A stretch of 54,304 nucleotides of DNA, taken from assembly GCA_019310195.1 (NCBI GenBank), contig JAFDET010000002.1, positions 1-54,304 of the forward strand, read 5' to 3'. Both the position numbers and the translations under genes were made by a program. Positions 42,616 through 51,565 of this stretch are shown piece by piece (positions within the stretch are counted from its first letter, which is position 1; every line of letters begins with the position of its first letter). The stretch comes from Deltaproteobacteria bacterium (GTDB lineage: Bacteria > Myxococcota_A > UBA9160 > JAFDET01). Below the pieces are notes generated by a model. The model ran no database searches and had not been told where the DNA came from. It saw nothing but the letters and a program-made list of their open reading frames with translations.

Positions 42616-44184
42616 ATGAGCAGGCTTCGTCTCGTCATCACTTTCGCCGCGGGCGTCACCGCCGCCGCCATTGCGCTCGGCTGGCCCGGCGGCGTGGGCC
42701 CTCTGGCGGCCACCCGCTACGAGGACCTCTCGCTCTTCACCGAGGTCCTGAACCTGGTTCGCAAGAACTACGTGGAACCGGTGGATCAGAGCACCCTGGT
42801 CCAGGGCGCCGTCAAGGGGATGCTCCAGGAGCTCGATCCCCACTCCTCGTTTCTCGACCCCGACGTCTACAAGGAGATGCAGATCGACACCCGCGGCGAG
42901 TTCGCCGGCCTGGGCATCGAGATCGCCAAGCGCCGCGACGGCTACGTCGAGGTCGTGTCTCCCATCGAGGGCACGCCGGCCCACCGGGCGGGCATCAAGG
43001 CGCACGATCAGATCGTGGCAATCTGCCCGACCGAGCCTCCCGAGGATTGGAAGGAGGAGTGCCGCGGCACCAAGAACATGTCCTTGGTCGAGGCCGTGCG
43101 CCTGATGCGCGGCCCCAAGGGAACGAAGATCACCATTCGCATCTACCGCGAGAGCTTCGACCGCCCGCAGCCCTACGTGATCGTGCGTGACATCGTGAAG
43201 ATCCGCTCGGTGGAGGGGCGCATGCTGGAGCCGGGCTACGCCTACGTGCGGCTGCGCGCGTTCCAGGAGCGGACCGGCAGGGACCTGGGTGGCGTGCTGG
43301 CCGATCTGCACGAGCAGACCGAGGGTCCCTTCAGCGGTCTGATTCTCGACATGCGCGACAACCCCGGCGGGCTGCTCGACCAGGCCGTCAAGGTGGCCGA
43401 CCACTGGGTCGCCCAGGGCCTGATCGTCTACACGAAGGGCCGCCTCGAGAGCCAGCGCCAGGAGTTCCGCGCCCAGAGCGCCGGCACCCAGGGCGAGTAC
43501 CCGATCGTGGTCCTGGTCAACGGCGGCACCGCCAGCGCCTCGGAGATCGTGGCCGGCGCGCTCCAGGATCACCACCGCGCCCTGATCCTCGGCACCCAGT
43601 CGTTCGGCAAGGGCTCGGTGCAGACCATCATCCCGCTCAACGACGGCTCGGGCCTGCGCCTCACCACGGCGCTCTACTACACGCCCGGTGGCCGCTCGAT
43701 CCAGGAGGTGGGCATCGCGCCCGACATTCTCGTCGAGCAGATCGTCGCCTCCGAGGGCGCGCGCGCGCGGCGCATCCGCGAGCGCGACCTCGAGGGCCAC
43801 TTCACCCAGAAGGACGCGGATCCCGAGTCGTCCGCGAAGCCGGGTGAGCCCCAGGAGGGCGGCGAGGCGCCGGCCGTCACGGACGAGGATCCGGGCGACC
43901 ATCAGCTCGACCGCGCGGTGGATGTGCTCAAGAGCTGGACGTACTTCGAGCGGCTCCAGGAAGCGCGCCAGGTCGCCGAGCCCGCGCCTTCGCGCGCCGC
44001 GCTCCAGAGCCCGCGCCTTCGCGCGCCGCGCTCCAGCCTTAGGCGGCCGAGCCCCTTCGCTCGCCTGCGGCTCGCTGCGCGCCCTCGGCGCGTCGCGTTG
44101 CGCTCGCGGCCTCCGTGGGCTCGGGCTTGCAGGCCTTTGGCTCGAGGCTCGATCCATCTCGGAGGGGCTGTGGACCTGCCCTGA
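42616..44184 (+). CDS. S41-family carboxyl-terminal processing protease, with an aberrant 3' extension
   Basis: GGGGAG Shine-Dalgarno. PDZ (GLGIEI..) and S41 core (..DMRDNPGGLL.., GTASASEIVAGALQD..FGKGSVQ). The last 47 codons follow a 29-bp duplication and read through a REP-like element. Confidence 0.8.
   Translation: MSRLRLVITFAAGVTAAAIALGWPGGVGPLAATRYEDLSLFTEVLNLVRKNYVEPVDQSTLVQGAVKGMLQELDPHSSFLDPDVYKEMQIDTRGEFAGLGIEIAKRRDGYVEVVSPIEGTPAHRAGIKAHDQIVAICPTEPPEDWKEECRGTKNMSLVEAVRLMRGPKGTKITIRIYRESFDRPQPYVIVRDIVKIRSVEGRMLEPGYAYVRLRAFQERTGRDLGGVLADLHEQTEGPFSGLILDMRDNPGGLLDQAVKVADHWVAQGLIVYTKGRLESQRQEFRAQSAGTQGEYPIVVLVNGGTASASEIVAGALQDHHRALILGTQSFGKGSVQTIIPLNDGSGLRLTTALYYTPGGRSIQEVGIAPDILVEQIVASEGARARRIRERDLEGHFTQKDADPESSAKPGEPQEGGEAPAVTDEDPGDHQLDRAVDVLKSWTYFERLQEARQVAEPAPSRAALQSPRLRAPRSSLRRPSPFARLRLAARPRRVALRSRPPWARACRPLARGSIHLGGAVDLP
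43978..44036 (+). repeat. perfect 29-bp tandem duplication (AGCCCGCGCCTTCGCGCGCCGCGCTCCAG x2)
   Basis: Copies at 43979-44007 and 44008-44036 are identical base for base. Confidence 0.95.
44059..44082 (+). repeat. REP-like GC-rich intergenic element, copy B
   Basis: GCTCGCCTGCGGCTCGCTGCGCGC. It lies just 3' of the ancestral ctpA-like stop (TAG 44040-44042). Confidence 0.6.
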
Positions 44185-44242
44185 GCGGCGCTTGCCTTCC
44201 CTGGACGTAGCCCGGCGGCGCGGGGCGGGGTAGGGTCCGCGC

Positions 44243-44341
44243 GTGTCCGAGCCCTCCGCCGCCGCGGGGCCTCCCGTCTACAGCGTCAGCCAGGTTCTCG
44301 CCGGGCTGAAGGGGCTGCTCCAGGACCGCGTGGGCCGGCGC
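44243..44341 (+). pseudogene. xseA: orphaned 5' fragment of xseA
   Basis: GTG at 44243. VSEPSAAAGPPVYSVSQVLAGLKGLLQDRVGR matches the XseA N-terminus but lies in a different frame from the rest of the gene. Confidence 0.6.
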
Positions 44342-44342
44342 G

Positions 44343-45401
44343 GTGCTGTTCCGCGGCGCGGCCCGGCGCCTGGCCTTCGATCCGGAAGACGGGCTCGAGG
44401 TGTTGGCCTACGGCGAGCTCACCGTGTACGAGCCGCGCGGCGATCTGCAGCTCATCGTGCAGCAGCTCGAGCCGCGCGGACGTGGGGCGCTGCAGCTCGC
44501 CTTCGAGCAGTTGCGCGGGCGCCTGGAAGGCGAGGGCCTGTTCGACGCCGAGCGCAAACAGGAACTGCCGGCCTGGCCTCGCGTCGTGGGAGTGGTGACG
44601 TCGAGCGGGGCCGCGGCCCTGCGCGACGTGGTGCATGTGGTGGAGCGACGCTTCCCCGCCCAGCCGCTCCTGCTGGCGTCCAGCCGCGTGCAGGGCGCCG
44701 GCGCCGAGGACGAGCTGGCGGCCGCACTGGAGGCTCTGGACGCGCAGCCGGACGTGGAGGTGATCCTGCTGGTGCGGGGCGGAGGGTCCCTGGAGGATCT
44801 CCAGCCCTTCAACACCGAGCGGCTGGCCCGCGCCATCGCCGCCTGCGCCACGCCGGTGGTGAGTGGCGTCGGGCACGAGGTGGACGTGACCATCGCCGAC
44901 CTGGCCGCGGACCTGCGCGCAGCCACCCCTTCGGCGGCGGCTGCCGCCGCGCTTCCGGACCGCGAGCGCGTGGCGATCCGCCTGGACCGCGATGCGCGTC
45001 GTCTGGTGACTGCCGGCCGTCGCGCCATCGAGCGCATGCGCAACCGCGCCGACGCCGGCGCCGAGTCCCTGCGACTGCAGGCGCCTCGAGAGCGGCTCGC
45101 CGCGCGGCGCTGGCAGCTCGTGGCAGCGGGCAGGGCCCTGCGGCGCGAGATCCAGGCGCTGCTGGCGGCGCGGGCGGCCGGGATGGCGGCTTCCGCGGGA
45201 CGCCTGGAGACCCTGTCGCCCCTGGGCGTCGTGGCGCGCGGCTACGCCATCGTCGAGCGCGCCGTCGACGGCGCCATCGTGCGCCGGGCCGGCGACGTTG
45301 CCGTGGGCGACGGCCTGCGCGTGCGGCTGGCCGAGGGTGAGCTGGACGCTCGCGTCGAGGCCGCGCGCGAGGCCTCGCCCAGCGGTTCGCGTCGCTCCTG
45401 A
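44343..45401 (+). CDS. xseA: exodeoxyribonuclease VII large subunit, lacking the N-terminal OB-fold segment
   Basis: ..[26 protein letters not shown].., [36 protein letters not shown]. Confidence 0.8.
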   Translation: MLFRGAARRLAFDPEDGLEVLAYGELTVYEPRGDLQLIVQQLEPRGRGALQLAFEQLRGRLEGEGLFDAERKQELPAWPRVVGVVTSSGAAALRDVVHVVERRFPAQPLLLASSRVQGAGAEDELAAALEALDAQPDVEVILLVRGGGSLEDLQPFNTERLARAIAACATPVVSGVGHEVDVTIADLAADLRAATPSAAAAAALPDRERVAIRLDRDARRLVTAGRRAIERMRNRADAGAESLRLQAPRERLAARRWQLVAAGRALRREIQALLAARAAGMAASAGRLETLSPLGVVARGYAIVERAVDGAIVRRAGDVAVGDGLRVRLAEGELDARVEAAREASPSGSRRS

Positions 45402-45425
45402 AAAACTGCTCTAGTTCCGGCGGGT

Positions 45426-45454
45426 TTGACGCTCCCGAGGCCGGGTCCTACGCT
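45426..45454 (+). promoter_or_regulatory. sigma-70-type promoter candidate for xseB-ispA-dxs (near-leaderless)
   Basis: TTGACG, a 17-nt spacer, then TACGCT. The -10 element ends 9 nt before the xseB ATG, and no Shine-Dalgarno is present. Confidence 0.35.
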
Positions 45455-45463
45455 TCGACAACG

Positions 45464-45733
45464 ATGGCGGATCCCGTGGAGGGCTCCGGCGACGCCGCCG
45501 CAAGCCTCCCTTTCGAAGACGCGCTCGAGAAGCTGGAATCCTTGGTGGAACGCCTCGAAGACGGGGAGCTTCCGCTCGAGGAGGCGCTTGCGGCCTTCGA
45601 AGAGGGGGTCCGCCTGACCCGGAACTGTGCCGAGCAGCTGGACCGCGCCGAGCGGCGCATCGAAGAGCTGGTCGGAGAAGGCGGGGAGTGGCTGCGCCGT
45701 CCCGCCGACCTCGACGATGAGGACGAGGATTGA
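45464..45733 (+). CDS. xseB: exodeoxyribonuclease VII small subunit
   Basis: ..[39 protein letters not shown]... Confidence 0.9.
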   Translation: MADPVEGSGDAAASLPFEDALEKLESLVERLEDGELPLEEALAAFEEGVRLTRNCAEQLDRAERRIEELVGEGGEWLRRPADLDDEDED

Positions 45734-46563
45734 TGGACGTTCAGGGCTATCTGGCCGAATCCGCCGCGCGCGTGGAGCGCTTCCTCGACGAGTCCCTGCC
45801 CGCCGTCGACGAGCCGCCCGCGCGCCTGCACGCGGCCATGCGCCATCTGCTGTTCCCGGGCGGCAAGCGGCTGCGTCCCGCCCTGGCCTTCGCCGGCGCC
45901 GAGGCGGTCGGGGCGGCACCGGAGCGGGCCCTGCCCATCGCCGGCGCGGTGGAGCTGGTGCACACCTACTCGCTGGTGCACGACGACCTGCCGTGCATGG
46001 ACGACGACGACGAACGGCGCGGGCTCCCGACGGTGCACGTGGCCTTCGGCGAAGCCACGGCCGTACTGGCCGGCGACGCGCTGCTGACCGAGGCCTTCGC
46101 GGTGCTGGCGTTGGCCGACGAGTCGAGGGTCGCCGGCGTGATCGGTGACCTGGCCGAGGCCGCGGGCTCCCGGGAGCTGGTGGGCGGTCAGCACGATGAT
46201 CTCTCCTTCGACTCCCAAGCCGCCACGCCCGAGTCCGTCGAGTCCGTGCACCGGCGCAAGTCGGCGGCGCTGATTGCGGCGTCCGTGGTCGGCGGTGCGC
46301 GCCTGGGCGGCGGCGACGCGGAGCGGCTGGGGCGCCTGCGGCGCTTCGGGCTGCAGGTGGGCGTGGCCTTCCAGATCGCCGACGACGTGCTGGATGCCGG
46401 CGACGACGAGCCGTGCTCCCTGGTAAGCCACCTGGGCGTCGAGGGCGCGCGGCGCCGCGCCGAGGACCTGCTGGAGAGCGCGCTGGCCGAGATCGAGGAT
46501 CTGGGCGAGCCGGCCGAGGCGCTGCGCGAGCTGGCCCGCTTCGCGGTGCGGAGGGATCGATGA
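45733..46563 (+). CDS. ispA: polyprenyl (farnesyl/geranyl) diphosphate synthase
   Basis: [21 protein letters not shown] and [13 protein letters not shown]. Confidence 0.9.
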   Translation: MDVQGYLAESAARVERFLDESLPAVDEPPARLHAAMRHLLFPGGKRLRPALAFAGAEAVGAAPERALPIAGAVELVHTYSLVHDDLPCMDDDDERRGLPTVHVAFGEATAVLAGDALLTEAFAVLALADESRVAGVIGDLAEAAGSRELVGGQHDDLSFDSQAATPESVESVHRRKSAALIAASVVGGARLGGGDAERLGRLRRFGLQVGVAFQIADDVLDAGDDEPCSLVSHLGVEGARRRAEDLLESALAEIEDLGEPAEALRELARFAVRRDR

Positions 46564-48470
46564 GCGAGGGCCTGCTGCTCGACGGGATCGAGTCGCCCGA
46601 GGATCTGCGTGCGCTGCCGCGCGAGCAGGTGCAGCGGGTGACCGAGGAGCTGCGCAGCGAGATCGTCGAGCGCGTCTCCCGCACCGGCGGTCACCTGGCC
46701 TCGAGCCTGGGTGCCGTCGAGCTGATCACGGCGATCCACTACACGTTCGATACGCCCCGCGATCGGCTCGTGCTGGACGTGGGCCACCAGGGCTACCCGC
46801 ACAAGATGCTCACCGGGCGCCGACGGCTCTTCGACGCCGAGGGTCCCGGCATCGGCCAGGAAGGCGGGATCGGCAAGTTCCTGCGCCGCGCCGAGTCCGA
46901 GTGCGACCACTTCGGAGCAGGGCACGCCGGGACGTCGATCTCGGCGGCCCTGGGCATCGCGCGAGGCAAGCAGCATCGGGGCGAGCCGGGCATCGCGATC
47001 GCCATGATCGGCGACGGCGGCATCACCGCGGGCATGGCCTTCGAGGCCCTCAACCACGCCGGCGCCTTGCACCAGCGCAACCTGCTGGTGGTGCTGAACG
47101 ACAACGAGATGTCCATCTCGCCCAACGTGGGCGCGCTGTCCTCCTACCTGTCGCGCAAGCTCTCGGCGCCCATGGTTCGGCGCATGAAGACCTGGACCAA
47201 GGACTTCCTGGGCGGAATGCCCGGCGACATGGTCCACTGGGCCCAGAAGGCCGAGGAGTCGCTCAAGGTCTTCTTCTCGCCGGGGCTGCTCTTCGAGGCG
47301 CTGAACTTCAAGTACGTGGGTCCGATCCAGGGCCACCGCGTGGACGTGCTGCTCGAGACCTTCGAGAACGTCAAGCAGATGCTGGCCGCCGGCGATGGTC
47401 CGATCCTGGTGCACGCCATCACCGCCAAGGGCCGCGGCTACGAGCCCGCCGAGCGCGACCCCCTCAAGTATCACGGCGTCTCGACCTTCGAGGTGGAGAC
47501 GGGCAAGATGGCGCCGTCCAAGCCCGGCCCGCCGTCCTACACGGGCATCTTCGCCGAGACCCTGATCGCGCTGGCCGAAGACGACGAGCGCATCGTGGGC
47601 ATCAGCGCCGCCATGCCGGGCGGGACCGGCCTGGACAAGTTCGAGCGGCGCTTCCCGGATCGCTTCTACGACGTGGGCATCGCCGAGCAGCACGCCGTCA
47701 CCTTCGCCGCGGGGCTCGCCAGCGAGGGCATGAAGCCGGTGGCTGCGATCTACTCCACGTTCCTGCAGCGCGCCTACGACCAGGTGGTGCACGACGTCTG
47801 CGTGCAGGACCTGGACGTGACCTTCGCCATCGACCGGGCCGGCCTGGTCGGAGCCGATGGGGCGACCCATCAGGGCTTCTACGACATCGGCACCCTGCGC
47901 GCGCTGCCCAACATGGTGGTGATGGCGCCCAAGGACGAGAACGAGCTGCGCCACATGCTCAAGACCGCCATCGAGCACCCGGGGCCCGCGGCGGTGCGGT
48001 ATCCGCGGGGCGCCGGCGTGGGCGTTCCGCTGGAGCCGGAGCTCAAGGCGATCCCCATCGGCGAGTCGGAGCTGCTGCGCGACGGCGAAGACGCGCTGGT
48101 GGTGGCGTTCGGGAACACCGTGCACCCGGCCGTCGAGGCCGCCGGCGAGCTGGCCGCCGACGGCACGTCCGTGGCCGTGGTGAACGCGCGCTTCGCCAAG
48201 CCCATCGACGCCGCGCGCATCGTGCCGCTGGCGCGGCGCTGCACTGCGGTCGTGACGGTGGAGGAGCAGGCCGGCCAGGGCGGCTTCGGGAGCGCCGTGC
48301 TGGAGACCCTGGCGGAGGCCGGCGTCGCCGTCCGCACGCGCATCCTGGCGGTGCCGGATCGGGTGGTCGACCACGGCAACTCCGCCGACCAGCGGGCCGC
48401 TTTCGGGCTGGACCCGGCGGGAATCGCGAAAGCCGTGCGCGAGCTGGTCGGGGGGAGCGGCTCCTCCTGA
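46560..48470 (+). CDS. dxs: 1-deoxy-D-xylulose-5-phosphate synthase
   Basis: ATGA overlap. [46 protein letters not shown]. Confidence 0.95.
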   Translation: MSEGLLLDGIESPEDLRALPREQVQRVTEELRSEIVERVSRTGGHLASSLGAVELITAIHYTFDTPRDRLVLDVGHQGYPHKMLTGRRRLFDAEGPGIGQEGGIGKFLRRAESECDHFGAGHAGTSISAALGIARGKQHRGEPGIAIAMIGDGGITAGMAFEALNHAGALHQRNLLVVLNDNEMSISPNVGALSSYLSRKLSAPMVRRMKTWTKDFLGGMPGDMVHWAQKAEESLKVFFSPGLLFEALNFKYVGPIQGHRVDVLLETFENVKQMLAAGDGPILVHAITAKGRGYEPAERDPLKYHGVSTFEVETGKMAPSKPGPPSYTGIFAETLIALAEDDERIVGISAAMPGGTGLDKFERRFPDRFYDVGIAEQHAVTFAAGLASEGMKPVAAIYSTFLQRAYDQVVHDVCVQDLDVTFAIDRAGLVGADGATHQGFYDIGTLRALPNMVVMAPKDENELRHMLKTAIEHPGPAAVRYPRGAGVGVPLEPELKAIPIGESELLRDGEDALVVAFGNTVHPAVEAAGELAADGTSVAVVNARFAKPIDAARIVPLARRCTAVVTVEEQAGQGGFGSAVLETLAEAGVAVRTRILAVPDRVVDHGNSADQRAAFGLDPAGIAKAVRELVGGSGSS

Positions 48471-48505
48471 CGCCGCGGGCGCCGCTCACGCGCCTGGACG
48501 AGCGC

Positions 48506-49213
48506 GTGGTCGCGCTGGGCCTGGCCGAGAGCCGCACCCGCGCCCAGGCCCTGATCCGCGCCGGCCGCGTCCTGGTGGACGACGTGCCGCTGGACAAGCC
48601 GGGCACCCAGATCCGCGAGTCGGCCTCGGTGCGCGTGCGCGGCGACGAGCGGCGCTTCGTCTCTCGCGGGGGGGAGAAGCTGGCGGGCGCGCTGTCCGAC
48701 CTGGATCTGGATCCGACCGGCCGGGTCTGCCTGGACGTGGGCGCCTCCACCGGCGGCTTCAGCGACTGCCTGCTCCAGTCCGGCGCGCGCCGGGTGGTGT
48801 GCGTGGACGTGGGCTACGGCCAGCTCGACCAGCGGCTGCGCAGCGATCCCCGGGTCGCGGTTCTGGAGCGGACCAACGCGCGCTACCTGGAGCGTGAGGC
48901 GCTGCCCGAGGAGCCGATCGAGCTGGTGACCGTCGATTGCTCGTTCATCTCGGTCACGCTGCTGCTGCCGCGGTTGCTGGAGCTTGCGCCGGGGGCGCCG
49001 ATGCTGGTGCTGGTAAAGCCCCAGTTCGAGGTGGGCCGCGAGCAGGTGGGCAAGGGCGGGGTGGTGCGGGACGATGGCCTGCGGGCCCAGGCGGTGGAGC
49101 GGGTCCGGGCCTGCGCCCACGGCCTGGGGCTGCGCGAGCGGGGCCGGGCGGAGAGCCGCCTGGCGGGGCCGCGGGGGAACCGCGAGATCTTCCTGCTCCT
49201 GGAGCCTGCTTGA
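48506..49213 (+). CDS. tlyA: TlyA-family rRNA 2'-O-methyltransferase
   Basis: S4-like ..GLAESRTRAQALIRAGRVLV.., SRGGEKL, DVGASTGGF, KPQFE. The conserved N-terminus (..RLDERVV) extends upstream to a CTGA junction at 48467. The first canonical start is GTG at 48506. Confidence 0.75.
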   Translation: MVALGLAESRTRAQALIRAGRVLVDDVPLDKPGTQIRESASVRVRGDERRFVSRGGEKLAGALSDLDLDPTGRVCLDVGASTGGFSDCLLQSGARRVVCVDVGYGQLDQRLRSDPRVAVLERTNARYLEREALPEEPIELVTVDCSFISVTLLLPRLLELAPGAPMLVLVKPQFEVGREQVGKGGVVRDDGLRAQAVERVRACAHGLGLRERGRAESRLAGPRGNREIFLLLEPA

Positions 49214-49315
49214 CGCCCCTTGGGCTGGACCTACTGTGTAACGATACGAGGGTCAGCGGCATCTGACGGGGTGTCGATCCCCGCGGGTGTCGATTCTCAG
49301 GAGGTCTCTGGACTC

Positions 49316-49648
49316 ATGGCAATGGTCAATGTGACTGCTTCCGCCGCCGACCGGATCAAGGCTCTGCTGGACCGTGACGGCAAGCTCGCCAGCCATGGCC
49401 TGCGCATGAAGGTTGTCGGGGGCGGATGCTCGGGGCTGCAGTACGAGCTGGCCTTCGACGACAGTCTCGGCGACGAGGACCAGACCATCGAAGCGGGCGG
49501 AATCCGCGTCTTCGTGGACCCCAAGAGCGCTCTCTACCTGGCGGGCTCGACCCTGGACTTCGTGGACACGCTCCAGGAGTCCGGCTTCAAGATCGAGAAC
49601 CCCAACGCCTCCGCGACCTGCGGCTGCGGTCAGTCGTTCGGCGCCTGA
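49316..49648 (+). CDS. erpA: HesB/IscA/ErpA-family iron-sulfur cluster insertion protein
   Basis: AGGAGG upstream. ..GLRMKVVGGGCSGLQY.. and C-terminal CGCGQSF. Confidence 0.85.
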   Translation: MAMVNVTASAADRIKALLDRDGKLASHGLRMKVVGGGCSGLQYELAFDDSLGDEDQTIEAGGIRVFVDPKSALYLAGSTLDFVDTLQESGFKIENPNASATCGCGQSFGA

Positions 49649-49666
49649 GGCCGGGGTGCGGACCGC

Positions 49667-50869
49667 ATGGCGGTCGAACTCCCCATCTACCTCGACAACC
49701 ACGCCACCACCCGCGTCGATCCGCGCGTGGTCGAGGCGATGGCGCCGTACTGGAGCCAGGACTACGGCAATGCCGCCAGCCACGGACACGTGCTGGGCTG
49801 GCGGGCCGAGGAGGCTGTGGAGCAGGCGCGCGAGTCGCTGGCCGCCGCCCTCGGCGCAGAGCCTCGCGAGATCGTCTTCACCAGCGGCGCCACCGAGGCC
49901 AACAACCTGGCGCTGCTGGGTGCGGCCGAAGCCGCGCCCGCCGGGCGCAACCACCTGGTCAGCGTTGCCACCGAGCACCCGTCGGTGCTCGACCCCTGCC
50001 GTGCGCTGGAGGCGCGTGGCTTCGACGTGACGATCCTGCCGGTGGACGCCGACGGGCGCATCGAGCCCGAGGCGGTGACGGCCAGCCTGCGGGACAGCAC
50101 CCGGCTGGTCTCGGTAATGGCCGCGAACAACGAGATCGGGGTGCTCCAGCCGGTGGCCGAAATCGGCGCCCTGTGCCGTGAGCGCGGCGTGCTCTTTCAC
50201 ACGGACGCCGTGCAGGCGTTCGGCAAGGTTCCGCTGGACGTGGACGAGGCCGACCTGCTGTCGATCTCGGCCCACAAGATCTACGGCCCCAAGGGCGTGG
50301 GCGCCCTCTACGTGCGGGCGCGGAGGCCTCGGGTCCGCTTGGAGCCCCGGCTCTACGGGGGTGGGCACGAGCGCGGCCTGCGCTCGGGCACGCTGCCCGT
50401 ACCCCTGATCGTGGGGTTCGCCCGGGCGGCGGAGCTCTGCCTGGCCGAGCGGGAGCACGAGGCCGTGCGTCTGGCCGGGCTGCGGGACCGGCTGCTGGCC
50501 CGGCTGCGCGAGTCCCTGGACGGCGTGGCCCTGAACGGGGATCCGCGGCAGCGCCTGCCCGCCAACCTGAACCTGGCCTTCGAAGGCGTGGATGCCGATC
50601 AGTTGCTGGTCGAGCTCCGCGGAGTTGCGCTCTCGACCGGTTCGGCGTGCTCCTCCGCCACACCGGCGCCCAGTCACGTGCTGACGGCCCTGGGCCTGCC
50701 CGCGGCGCGGGTGCGCGCCTCGGTGCGCATGGGGCTGGGGCGTTTCACCACCCGTGAGGAAGTGGACGTGGCCGCCGACCGGCTGGTGGCCTGCGTGGAG
50801 AAGCTTCGCAGCGGTGTGCCTCGAAAGGCCGCCCCGACGCCGCTACCCTCCGCCGGTTCGAAGTCGTGA
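49667..50869 (+). CDS. iscS: cysteine desulfurase (IscS/NifS family)
   Basis: [28 protein letters not shown] (PLP lysine), active-site-loop SSGSAC-like STGSACSS. Confidence 0.9.
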   Translation: MAVELPIYLDNHATTRVDPRVVEAMAPYWSQDYGNAASHGHVLGWRAEEAVEQARESLAAALGAEPREIVFTSGATEANNLALLGAAEAAPAGRNHLVSVATEHPSVLDPCRALEARGFDVTILPVDADGRIEPEAVTASLRDSTRLVSVMAANNEIGVLQPVAEIGALCRERGVLFHTDAVQAFGKVPLDVDEADLLSISAHKIYGPKGVGALYVRARRPRVRLEPRLYGGGHERGLRSGTLPVPLIVGFARAAELCLAEREHEAVRLAGLRDRLLARLRESLDGVALNGDPRQRLPANLNLAFEGVDADQLLVELRGVALSTGSACSSATPAPSHVLTALGLPAARVRASVRMGLGRFTTREEVDVAADRLVACVEKLRSGVPRKAAPTPLPSAGSKS

Positions 50870-50882
50870 GAGGGAGTCCGAA

Positions 50883-51494
50883 GTGAGCGAGAGCAAGAGC
50901 ACCAACATCACCTGGCACGAGGGGCATGTCACGCGCAAGGAGCGCGAGAAGATCCTGGGCCAACGCGGCGTCACCGTCTGGCTCACGGGCCTTTCGGGCT
51001 CCGGCAAGTCCACCGTTGCGACCGCCGCCGAGCAGGTCGTGCTCGGCAAGGGCAAGCTCGCGTACGTGCTGGACGGCGACAACGTGCGCCACGGGCTGAA
51101 CAAGAACCTGGGCTTCTCGCCCGAGGATCGCACCGAGAACATCCGGCGCATCGGCGAGGTGGCCAAGCTCTTCAACGATTCCGGTGTCGTGGTGTTCACG
51201 GCCTTCATCTCGCCGTACCGCGAGGACCGGGATGCCGTGCGGGCGCTGATGGCCGAGGGCGACTTCGTCGAGGTGTGGGCCGACGCCGACGTCGCTACGT
51301 GTGAAGAGCGCGATCCGAAGGGCCTCTACAAGAAGGCCCGGGCGGGCGAGATCCCGGAGTTCACCGGCATCTCCGCGCCGTACGAAGCCCCCGAGCGGCC
51401 GGAGCTGGTCCTCGATACCGGAGTCCAGTCACTCCAGGAAAGCGTGGAGCAGTTGGTGGGCTATCTCGAGGAGAAAGGCTACCTGTCTCAGTGA
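50883..51494 (+). CDS. cysC: adenylyl-sulfate kinase
   Basis: GAGGGAG Shine-Dalgarno plus [35 protein letters not shown]. Confidence 0.9.
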   Translation: MSESKSTNITWHEGHVTRKEREKILGQRGVTVWLTGLSGSGKSTVATAAEQVVLGKGKLAYVLDGDNVRHGLNKNLGFSPEDRTENIRRIGEVAKLFNDSGVVVFTAFISPYREDRDAVRALMAEGDFVEVWADADVATCEERDPKGLYKKARAGEIPEFTGISAPYEAPERPELVLDTGVQSLQESVEQLVGYLEEKGYLSQ

Positions 51495-51565
51495 GGGTGT
51501 GGAGGCGTCCCGCCCGCTCCTCGGGCCGGACAAGGGGGTGGGTCATCGGACCGCGACGAGGCTCG

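Noticed and set aside
33515-44036. A CRISPR array or minisatellite, suggested by the tandem repeats at 33515-33546 and 43978-44036.
   Set aside because: Each has only two adjacent copies and no spacers. No cas genes are present in the window.
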